DNA from: Vicinamibacteria bacterium
Lineage (GTDB): Bacteria > Acidobacteriota > Vicinamibacteria > Fen-336 > JAGNNV01
Length of the DNA stretch: 64,000 nt
Assembly: GCA_019694155.1 (NCBI GenBank)
Contig: JAIBCN010000002.1
Location: 7,768 to 71,767 of the forward strand
Direction of reading: 5' to 3'
In this document: positions 56,781 to 64,000 of the stretch, piece after piece
Position numbering within the stretch: the stretch's first letter is position 1
How the letters are laid out: each line of letters starts with the position of its first letter
Position numbers and translations under genes: made by a program
Notes under the pieces: model-generated
What the model was told of the DNA's origin: nothing
Seen by the model: the letters and a program-made list of their open reading frames with translations, nothing else
Database searches by the model: none

Positions 56781-57719
56781 TCACGCGATTCCAAATCGCT
56801 TGCACTTCTCCCAGAGGGACTTGCGCGAGATGCCGAGCGTTCGCGCGGCATCCGCCTTCGTCCCTGCCGAGTGTTCGAGCACCCACAGGATGTAAACGCG
56901 CTCCAGTTCCTTCAGCGTCGGCTGCCCGGAGCGGAACGAACGCAAGACAGTACCAGCACTGAGCATGTGTTTGGGAAGAGCGGAGGCGTCGAGCGGCCGA
57001 TCTCCCTCGTGGCGCAGGATCGCGCGCTCGATGGCTGACTGCAGCTCTCGGACGTTTCCGGGCCAGGAGTAGGCGGAAAGGACCTGGGCCGCCGCTTCCG
57101 AGAACCCGGAGGCGAGGGTCTTCTTCCGACGCCGCTCCGAGGCCAGGAAGGCGGTCGCGAGAGGGAGGATGTCTTCGACTCGCTCCCGGAGAGGCGGGAC
57201 GGGAATGGTGATCACGGACAGGCGGTGGTAGAGATCGTCCCGGAAGGTCCCAAGTGCGATGGCTTCCTTCAGCGGGCCGCGCGAGGTGGCGACGAACCGG
57301 ACGTTCACCGGCCGCGCCGTACTCTCCCCAAGGCGCTGAATCATCCCGTCCTCGATGGCGCGCAGGAGCTTCGCCTGTATGGAAAGCGCGAGGTCCTCGA
57401 CATGGTCGAGAACCAGCGTGCCGCCGTTCGCCCGCTCGATTCGCCCGCTCTGGGCCTCGAAGGCATGTGTGAAGGCGCCCCGGCCGTGCCCGAAGAACTC
57501 CGAATCGGCGAGAGACTCCGCGATTGCCCCGCACGAGAGAACCTCATAGGGCCCGTTGCGCCTGGGACTCAGGTCGTGCAGGGCTTCGGCGATCCGGCCC
57601 TTCCCCGAGCCGGTCTCTCCCTCGATGACCACGGGGGCCGACGCGGCCGCCACTCGAGGCAGCCACGACGTCAGGTCTCGCATGGCCTTGGAGGCCGCGA
57701 TCAGGGGCTCTGGGTTCAA
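56781..57719 (-). CDS. sigma54-interaction AAA+ plus Fis-HTH protein lacking a regulatory domain; atypical motifs
   Basis: GETGSGK, GAFTHA, LVLDHV, FRDDLYHRL, WPGNVREL and C-terminal HTH; TTG at 57719 overlaps the rsfS stop. Confidence 0.88.
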   Translation of the reverse strand: MNPEPLIAASKAMRDLTSWLPRVAAASAPVVIEGETGSGKGRIAEALHDLSPRRNGPYEVLSCGAIAESLADSEFFGHGRGAFTHAFEAQSGRIERANGGTLVLDHVEDLALSIQAKLLRAIEDGMIQRLGESTARPVNVRFVATSRGPLKEAIALGTFRDDLYHRLSVITIPVPPLRERVEDILPLATAFLASERRRKKTLASGFSEAAAQVLSAYSWPGNVRELQSAIERAILRHEGDRPLDASALPKHMLSAGTVLRSFRSGQPTLKELERVYILWVLEHSAGTKADAARTLGISRKSLWEKCKRFGIA

Positions 57720-58060
57720 TCCTTGACCTCTTCGCGCCGAGCCCCGCCCCACAACCGTTCGAGGTCGTAGAACTCGCGGCTCTTGGGCGTGAAGACATGG
57801 ACCACGAAAGGGCCATAGTCCATGAGGATCCACTCCCGTCGGGGGTAGCCCTCCAGATGACGGGGCTTCACGCCCTGAAGGCGCAGCCTCTCCTCGATGG
57901 CGTCCACGATGGCCACGACCTGCCGCTGGTTCCTGCCGGTGGCGATGGTGAAGCCGTCGGCGAGCCCCGATCCTTCGGCAAGTTCGAGGATGACGACATC
58001 CTCCGCTTGCTTGGCGAGCGCGGCTCGCGCCGCGGTTCGACAGTAGTCAATGGCGTTCAC
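57716..58060 (-). CDS. rsfS: Ribosome silencing factor RsfS (Iojap)
   Basis: ATGRNQRQVVAI, WILMDYG, VHVF and FYDLERLW motifs; follows nadD. Confidence 0.95.
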   Translation of the reverse strand: MNAIDYCRTAARAALAKQAEDVVILELAEGSGLADGFTIATGRNQRQVVAIVDAIEERLRLQGVKPRHLEGYPRREWILMDYGPFVVHVFTPKSREFYDLERLWGGARREEVKD

Positions 58061-58614
58061 TTGTACAGGCCTTTCTCCTCGATGTAGAGCCGCACCGACT
58101 CGGGAGTGAGATAGCGAATGGATTTCGATGCCTTGACCGCCGCGCGCAAATCCGTCGAGGCAATCGCGAGTCCCTCGAAGGGAACGGCGTCGGGTACCGT
58201 GGCCTCGTGTCCCGGCCGGCCCAGCACGCGAATCTCGGCCAATCTCCGCACCTCCGCGCTCTCTCGCCACTGGTCGAGGCCGGCCGCCGCATCCGAGCCG
58301 AGAATCAGGACGAACCGGGCCTGCGGCCAGCGCTCGGCCAGGGCCCGCAAGGTGTCCACGGTATAGCTCGGCGCCTCGCGGTGGATTTCGCAATCCTCGA
58401 CTGCGAGGGCCGGGTTGTCGGCGACCGCGAGCGACAGCATCGCGCGACGATCCTCGCTCGAGGCGGCGGTCGGCCCCTTGAAAGGCGATTGCCGCGCCGG
58501 AACCAGCCGCACCTCGCGGAGTTCGAAGGCTTCGAGGGCCCACTGCGCCGCCCGGAGGTGACCGTAGTGCACGGGATCGAAGGAGCCGCCCAGCAAGCCG
58601 ATGCGAGGGCTCAT
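58057..58614 (-). CDS. nadD: Nicotinate-nucleotide adenylyltransferase
   Basis: GGSFDPVHYGH, SYTVDTL, ILGSD and IASTDLR motifs. Confidence 0.96.
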   Translation of the reverse strand: MSPRIGLLGGSFDPVHYGHLRAAQWALEAFELREVRLVPARQSPFKGPTAASSEDRRAMLSLAVADNPALAVEDCEIHREAPSYTVDTLRALAERWPQARFVLILGSDAAAGLDQWRESAEVRRLAEIRVLGRPGHEATVPDAVPFEGLAIASTDLRAAVKASKSIRYLTPESVRLYIEEKGLYK

Positions 58615-59621
58615 GCTTCCCCCCGCGGCGTCTGCAGCATGGAGGCGAGGCGGCCAACGAGTTCCTTGAGCCCCTGGCCGGTGGCGGCGGATATCTCGAA
58701 CAGCTCGAGGTCGTCCCTCTTCGCGATCGCCCGTATGGCGGGAAGAGGATCCGCGTCTTCGCGCGCCAGATCCCGCTTGCTGGCCACGAGGACGCGCGGC
58801 CGGCTGGCGAGCGCCTCCGAAAAAGCCCGCAGCTCGCGGCAGATGGTCTCGTAGTCCTCCGTCACATCCCGCCCGGACAGGCCGGAGGCGTCGATGACGT
58901 GCGCGAGCACGCGTGTTCGTTCGATGTGACGCAGGAAGTCGAGGCCCAGGCCGGAACCAGTGGAGGCGCCCTCGATGATTCCGGGCACGTCGGCCACGAC
59001 GAAATCGTAGTCATCAAAAGACGCCATTCCGAGGACCGGGCTCAGGGTGGTGAACGGGTAGTCGGCGATCTTGGGTTTGGCGGCGGAGATCTTGGAGAGG
59101 AGCGTCGACTTTCCCGCGTTTGGCAGACCCACGAGGCCGACGTCCGCCAGAAGCTTGAGATCAAGTCGAAGCCAGCGCTCCTCACCAGCCTCGCCCGGAT
59201 CCGCGTTTCGGGGCGCGCGGTTCATGTTCGACAGGTAGCTCTTGTTGCCGCGCCCGCCGCGTCCGCCCTTGGCGATCAGAAGCTGCTCGCCATCGGCCAC
59301 GACCTCGCCCAGAACCAGATCCGTGTCCTCCTCCCGAACAATGGTTCCCAGGGGGACATCGATCAGGGTGTCCGGCGCATCCCGGCCCGTCCGGTTGCTG
59401 GGGCCGCCATGGCCGCCTCGCTTGGCCCGGAACTCGGTGTGGAACCGCAGGGGAAGGAGCGTGTTCTGGTTCACACGCCCCACCAGCACGACGTCTCCAC
59501 CGCTCCCGCCGTTTCCCCCGTCAGGTCCGCCCATGGGGACGAAAGCCTCCCGACGGAAACTCGAGCAGCCGCGTCCGCCGTCCCCGCCCTTTACGAAGAT
59601 CTTGACGCGGTCGACGAACAC
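58611..59621 (-). CDS. obgE: GTPase ObgE/CgtA (no long C-terminal extension)
   Basis: MFVDRVKI Gly-rich N-terminus, GLPNAGKST, DYPFTT, DVPG and SKRD motifs. Confidence 0.98.
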   Translation of the reverse strand: MFVDRVKIFVKGGDGGRGCSSFRREAFVPMGGPDGGNGGSGGDVVLVGRVNQNTLLPLRFHTEFRAKRGGHGGPSNRTGRDAPDTLIDVPLGTIVREEDTDLVLGEVVADGEQLLIAKGGRGGRGNKSYLSNMNRAPRNADPGEAGEERWLRLDLKLLADVGLVGLPNAGKSTLLSKISAAKPKIADYPFTTLSPVLGMASFDDYDFVVADVPGIIEGASTGSGLGLDFLRHIERTRVLAHVIDASGLSGRDVTEDYETICRELRAFSEALASRPRVLVASKRDLAREDADPLPAIRAIAKRDDLELFEISAATGQGLKELVGRLASMLQTPRGEA

Positions 59622-59691
59622 AAATCTAAGACCAGGACCGGGGAAGCTCTAGAGCCCTCCGACGAGGGTTTTGCGGCGCTTCGGAAAGCGC

Positions 59692-59952
59692 TTACGCCTC
59701 GACCGGAACGATGCTGATGAACTTCCCGCGCCCGCCGTGGTCCTCGAAAACGACGTGGCCGCTGACCTTGGCGAAGACCGAGTGGTCCTTCGCGAGGCCG
59801 GCGTTCTTCCCGGCCTTGAAGCCCGTGCCCTTCTGACGCACGATGATGCTGCCGCCGGAAACCAGCTGGCCGCCGAAGGCCTTGACGCCGAGGCGCTGTG
59901 AGTTGGAATCGCGGCCGTTGCGGGACGATCCGCCGCCTTTATTGGTAGCCAT
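59692..59952 (-). CDS. rpmA: 50S ribosomal protein L27
   Basis: [19 protein letters not shown] and IIVRQKGT motifs. Confidence 0.98.
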   Translation of the reverse strand: MATNKGGGSSRNGRDSNSQRLGVKAFGGQLVSGGSIIVRQKGTGFKAGKNAGLAKDHSVFAKVSGHVVFEDHGGRGKFISIVPVEA

Positions 59953-59966
59953 TTCCTTGAAGCTCC

Positions 59967-60278
59967 TTAGGCCGAGACGCCGTCGACGCGGACCGTAGTG
60001 AGGTACTGCCGGTGGCCGCGGGTCTTCTTGTAGTGCTTGCGGTGCTTGAACTTGAAGACCCGCACCTTCGTGTCGCGGATCTGCGCGATCACGGTGGCGG
60101 TCACCGAGGCGCCCGAAACCGGATTGCCGGCCGAGACTCCCGCATCCGTGCTGACGAGGAGCACATCCGAGAAGGTGATCTTGTCGCCGACGTTGTTGGT
60201 GAGCCGATCGACCTGGAGCTTCGCTCCGGGTTCGGCGCGGTACTGTTTTCCGCCGGAGCGGACAATTGCGTAAACCAA
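59967..60278 (-). CDS. rplU: 50S ribosomal protein L21
   Basis: [11 protein letters not shown] and GHRQYLT motifs. Confidence 0.98.
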   Translation of the reverse strand: MVYAIVRSGGKQYRAEPGAKLQVDRLTNNVGDKITFSDVLLVSTDAGVSAGNPVSGASVTATVIAQIRDTKVRVFKFKHRKHYKKTRGHRQYLTTVRVDGVSA

Positions 60279-60364
60279 GGTGGCCTCCGTCTAGACCCGA
60301 AATAGAGCCGGGGATTCTACCCTAAGCCGGCGTGTTCGCGGGGGCACCCGACTCCGAGGGTGGC

Positions 60365-63313
60365 TTAGAAGTCGTATCCGATCCAGAACTGGAAGCGCGA
60401 GGACACGCTGCGGACCTTGAGATCCGTGAGCCAGCTCCAGTCGAAGTGCATGGGCATACCGAGCAGGAATGCCTGGACGCCGACCCCGTAGGAGGCCCGT
60501 CCATCCACGAGCCGGCGTCCATCGACCGCCTGCCCAAAGAGCGGATCGTTGACGTAGGACACCCCCGGGCCGTTGGTCCAGAAGTCGTAGGGCTGGCCCG
60601 GGTACCGGGCGCCGCCGATGTTTCCAAACACCGTCCCGCGCACGGGGCCGAGAATCCCGATGGGAGTCGCCATGAGGTCGATCAGCGGTATTCGCAGCTC
60701 GGCGTTGGCGAAGAAGCCCTCCGAACCCACGAAAGACAGGTAGTCGTAGCCGCGCATCTCCATGTTCCCGCCGAATCCGAATAGCTGCGGCTGATCCCCC
60801 CTCGACACATAGGCGCGCAGCCGGGTGGCGAGCAGCATGGAGGTTCCGCCGACCCGCATGTACTTCCGCGCGTCGAAGTCGAGGGTCCTCCGAGAAATGA
60901 ACCCGCCGATACTCGGCGAGTATTCCAGTCGGATGTTGGCCGTGGAACCCGAGAGAGGTCCGAACTCCCGGAAGCGCGTGGTTTCGCGGGTATACGTGAC
61001 GCTGAGCGGCAGCGAGCTGCCGTTGTAGATCGGCACCTGTCCGCCGTACGCGCCCACCGTCTGCTCCAGGTCGAGCTGCAAGGAGGGATCCTGGTACGCC
61101 GAGTTGATCCTCATGTAGCCCGCGGAGAACGTGATGCGGTTGAACTTGTTGAGGGGGTAGATGGCGAAGGCCGCGGCGCCCGTGTATCGCTCGGTGGCGT
61201 AGGCGTCGGAGCGCGAGTAGCTGTACGAATAGAGGGAAGGGAAGTAGTACCGCGTGAAGTCCGAGGCCAGGATCCCCCAGTTCCAGCGCGAGGAGAGATT
61301 GGTGTACTGGCCCGAGTAGTTCCGGAAGTCGCGAACCGACTCCGCGGTGAACAGGAAACTCTGATCGCCCAGGACATCGGTGAGGGCGATCTGCGACCCG
61401 CCGAAGAAGTCGCCGTTCGATGTCACGCCGACGTTCAGGGGCGGGCGGCCCTCGAGATAGAGACCCTCGAAAAGCCGCTTCCGACGTTTGTTCTCCGCGA
61501 CCACCTGGTGGGTCACGTCGGGCTGGAAGTCCACCACCTCGGTCGGAGCGGCCGAGGCCTGCTCCACCTCCCGGCTCTGTTCCGCCGGGTCGAGGGTGTA
61601 CAGCTGATACGCGCCCTTGAAATAGCCGATGAAGCCGACGCGATCGCCGCGCGAGGTCTTCAGGGGCGCGGGGGCCATGTTCCCCCCCATGGTGTCGGTG
61701 AACTGGCGGATCACGCCGGTCTTGATGTCGATGCTCCGGAGGTTGTAGATCCCGTCATCCTCGTTCGAGGAATAGAAGACCTCCGAACCATCGGTCGAGA
61801 AGTAGGGCGACATGTCGGCGAAAGGACCGGTGGTGAGGTCGATTCGCCGGGAGGGGTTGCCGAGCGGGAACATGACGACCTTGTAGTTGCCGCTGACCCG
61901 GCGGTTGTAGACCACGAGCGTCCCGTCGGGAGAGATCCGGGGGTTCGCGTCGAAGAACGGGTCGTTGGTGAGATTCTTGTACTCCCCCGTCTCCAGGTTC
62001 ATGAGGTAGATGTCGGCGATCCCCTCCTTGGTGGCGGCGAAGAGCACCTGCTTTCCATTGGGCAGGATGCAGGGCGACTCCACCTCGTCGAGACCGATGG
62101 GGATCTTCTGTTTCATCTCGCCCGTGAGAGGTGAGACCAGGAAGAGGCTCCGCCCTTTTCCCGTCCTCCCGATGAAGGCGACGGCGTCGCCCTTGGGTGA
62201 GAAGTCGATGGTTCGTCCGGTCACGAACCCTTCGCCGGGGAAAGTGATGCCGTCATATTTCCCCGTGTAGCCATTGGTGAGGTTCTTCACCACCGAGCCG
62301 TCCCGCGTCGAGAGCATGACTATGTCCGCCTCGCCGTCGTTCCGGTTGCCGGTGATGGCCGCCACGAGCTCCCCCGAAGGAGAGGGCGCGAAGGCGTACA
62401 CCTGCGAGAAGGAGGTTTTTTCCGGATCCGGCGAGATCTCCGTCCCGTAATCGTTCGGCCGCTGCCGGTCACGAAACGGCTTGAAACGCTCCTTGATCCA
62501 CTTTTCGAAGGCCTCGTCGAACTCTTTCGGCGTCATCCGGAAGGTCTGCTGATAGATGCTGTCTTCCGACGTGGTGATGATGCTCTTCCGCAAGGTGTAC
62601 ATGAACTGCCGAATGCCTTCCTTGCCGAACCGCGCGGCCATGAAATCGAAGGTGGCGTGTCCGAGGTTGTAATCGGTTCGGCCCCCCGCCTGCTCCAGCT
62701 TCGACATCCGCGGCACCTGGTCATTGAGCGCGGCGTCGCGCACCGTCATCAGGTCGTGGGAATCCCACTCGCCCCGCATGTAATCGGCGAGGCCCTCGGC
62801 GACCCAGAGCGGCGTGTTCCGCGAGAAGATCCCCTGGGGAATCAGATCGAACTCGAAGACGTGGGTGAGTTCGTGCGTGATCAGTCCCTGGAGGCGGTCG
62901 GGCGCGCCGTCCGCCGGAATCACCATCCGGTTGCGGACGGGCTCGGTGAAGGCCTGCACCTGTTCGGGGATGAAGTCGGGGTAGAGGTTTGTCTGCTCGA
63001 ACTCGGAATGGGTCTTGTAGAAGACCACGGGGATCGATGACTGGATCTCGTGCTTGAGCTCCGAGGAAACGTGCTGGTAGGCGCTCTCGAGATAGGAGAC
63101 GAGGCGAGCCAGATGCTGCTCGAATTCCGGGTAGTAGTACACCTCGAAATGGGGGCTCTTGTAGACACGCCAGGCGAACCGGTCGTAGTTCACCTTGTTC
63201 TTGCCGAAATAGGGGATGTACTGCGCGAACGCGGAGGGTGCGACGAGCACCGCGATCAGCCAGAGCGAAAGAAGACGCAAAGATCGCTTCATGAGGGGCG
63301 GGGTCATGGTCAT
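60365..63313 (-). CDS. Omp85/BamA-superfamily outer membrane protein with an N-terminal zinc-peptidase (HExxH) domain and a PD40/WD40 beta-propeller
   Basis: Signal peptide; HELTH..WVAEGLADY; repeats such as NPRISPDG and SPYFSTDG; barrel with the MRGYDY loop and C-terminal FWIGYDF; no POTRA domain recognised. Confidence 0.85.
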   Translation of the reverse strand: MTMTPPLMKRSLRLLSLWLIAVLVAPSAFAQYIPYFGKNKVNYDRFAWRVYKSPHFEVYYYPEFEQHLARLVSYLESAYQHVSSELKHEIQSSIPVVFYKTHSEFEQTNLYPDFIPEQVQAFTEPVRNRMVIPADGAPDRLQGLITHELTHVFEFDLIPQGIFSRNTPLWVAEGLADYMRGEWDSHDLMTVRDAALNDQVPRMSKLEQAGGRTDYNLGHATFDFMAARFGKEGIRQFMYTLRKSIITTSEDSIYQQTFRMTPKEFDEAFEKWIKERFKPFRDRQRPNDYGTEISPDPEKTSFSQVYAFAPSPSGELVAAITGNRNDGEADIVMLSTRDGSVVKNLTNGYTGKYDGITFPGEGFVTGRTIDFSPKGDAVAFIGRTGKGRSLFLVSPLTGEMKQKIPIGLDEVESPCILPNGKQVLFAATKEGIADIYLMNLETGEYKNLTNDPFFDANPRISPDGTLVVYNRRVSGNYKVVMFPLGNPSRRIDLTTGPFADMSPYFSTDGSEVFYSSNEDDGIYNLRSIDIKTGVIRQFTDTMGGNMAPAPLKTSRGDRVGFIGYFKGAYQLYTLDPAEQSREVEQASAAPTEVVDFQPDVTHQVVAENKRRKRLFEGLYLEGRPPLNVGVTSNGDFFGGSQIALTDVLGDQSFLFTAESVRDFRNYSGQYTNLSSRWNWGILASDFTRYYFPSLYSYSYSRSDAYATERYTGAAAFAIYPLNKFNRITFSAGYMRINSAYQDPSLQLDLEQTVGAYGGQVPIYNGSSLPLSVTYTRETTRFREFGPLSGSTANIRLEYSPSIGGFISRRTLDFDARKYMRVGGTSMLLATRLRAYVSRGDQPQLFGFGGNMEMRGYDYLSFVGSEGFFANAELRIPLIDLMATPIGILGPVRGTVFGNIGGARYPGQPYDFWTNGPGVSYVNDPLFGQAVDGRRLVDGRASYGVGVQAFLLGMPMHFDWSWLTDLKVRSVSSRFQFWIGYDF

Positions 63314-63329
63314 CCTCGAATGGGCGTCA

Positions 63330-64000
63330 CTACGGCAGGAGAACGCGAGTCCCCCGGATCTTCTGGGGTGAAATCACGCCGAGAAAATTGGGCAGGAGAC
63401 GATCCATGAGTTCGAAATACGAGGAGAGAGGAGACACCTTCTGCTCTTCGCCGTAGACGACCTCCTCGGAGAACCGCTCCTTGTGCAGGAGGCGTCCGGT
63501 GGCTCCGTCGATAAATGAGAAGTCGGCGGACAGGTTGAAGGCCTTGCGCTCGGAATAGCGATTCCCGCGCCTCTCGACCACCCGCCCGCGGCTGTCGCGC
63601 ACCAGCGCCGACTCCTGCTGGAACCCGGAACGGTTCTGCTCCTCGAAGGCTAGCTTGCCGGTCACGATGAGAGGGTTTTGAAACTCCTCCCCGAGTTTTC
63701 TCCAGAACGCGGTGTCCTGGAGGATTCGCTCCCCTTCCGCCCGGTAACGATCGCGGTCCTCCCGGGTCACCCGCACGTCCTCGCTGGGCTTGAAGGCTTT
63801 TGCGAGGGCCTGGTTCAGGGGCGGCCGGTCGGGTTCGATCACCTGCAGTTTCGAGGCGGAGCGGAGCTGGTTCTGAATCAGGCGGGCTGTCTCGGGGGCG
63901 AGATCAATGCCCTCATCGACGAGGTCGGTGACGAAACCCGCCACCAGAACCCTGCGGAACTTCGAGACGTCGAGCTTGGACTTCAGGGGCGTTTCGATGG
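63330..64000 (-). CDS. Hypothetical envelope protein, partial (5' end beyond the window)
   Basis: Reading frame stays open to the window edge; alpha/beta pattern loosely like CsgG/LptE-type domains; stop lies 16 nt before the Omp85 gene. Confidence 0.65.
   Translation of the reverse strand, partial: IETPLKSKLDVSKFRRVLVAGFVTDLVDEGIDLAPETARLIQNQLRSASKLQVIEPDRPPLNQALAKAFKPSEDVRVTREDRDRYRAEGERILQDTAFWRKLGEEFQNPLIVTGKLAFEEQNRSGFQQESALVRDSRGRVVERRGNRYSERKAFNLSADFSFIDGATGRLLHKERFSEEVVYGEEQKVSPLSSYFELMDRLLPNFLGVISPQKIRGTRVLLP

Overview
This is the replication-origin region of a GC-rich Acidobacteriota chromosome. The 16S 5' end contains GATCCTGGCTCAGAATC, an Acidobacteria-type signature; the sequence looks like class Vicinamibacteria, which is an inference. 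From left to right: the 5' half of a 16S rRNA gene with boxA and promoter; purN-purM and a PpiD-like chaperone; a + strand run of a FecR-domain protein, a GAF-GGDEF cyclase and mreBCD-mrdA-rodA-rng; then a ~19 kb minus-strand run (rpmH-rnpA-yidD-yidC-rsmG-parA-parB-bactofilin-selD-atpHAGDC-wzm-wzt-mfd-two PPIases-ATL) containing a parS site. Next come dnaA-oriC-dnaN-gyrB-gyrA-lipoprotein, uvrD/pcrA, glmU-glmS, lpxC, and a tonB-exbB-exbD-exbD module with a divergent TPR lipoprotein. The right end is a long minus-strand run: Omp85/WD40/peptidase, rplU, rpmA, obgE, nadD, rsfS, a sigma54 activator-like protein, a DksA-like protein, comF, a phospholipase-C/S1-P1-like protein, an ECF sigma factor, a STAS protein and a hypothetical. 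No mobile elements, tRNAs or CRISPR arrays were seen. Best leads: (1) an O-antigen/glycan exporter ATPase (Wzt) fused in frame to an RfaE/HldE-type heptose adenylyltransferase, next to a wzm gene that lacks a canonical start codon; (2) a selenocysteine-encoding selD with an in-frame UGA and SECIS hairpin, which the ORF track splits in two; (3) an apparently metal-ligand-free S1/P1-PLC pseudoenzyme heading an ECF sigma-STAS-hypothetical module with no anti-sigma gene; (4) a receiver-less sigma54 activator with degenerate Walker B and GAFTGA motifs beside a DksA-like gene; (5) an oriC whose repeats read TTTTCAACA-like rather than TTATCCACA; (6) a diguanylate cyclase placed directly in front of mreB. 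Everything was read by eye; no database searches were run.
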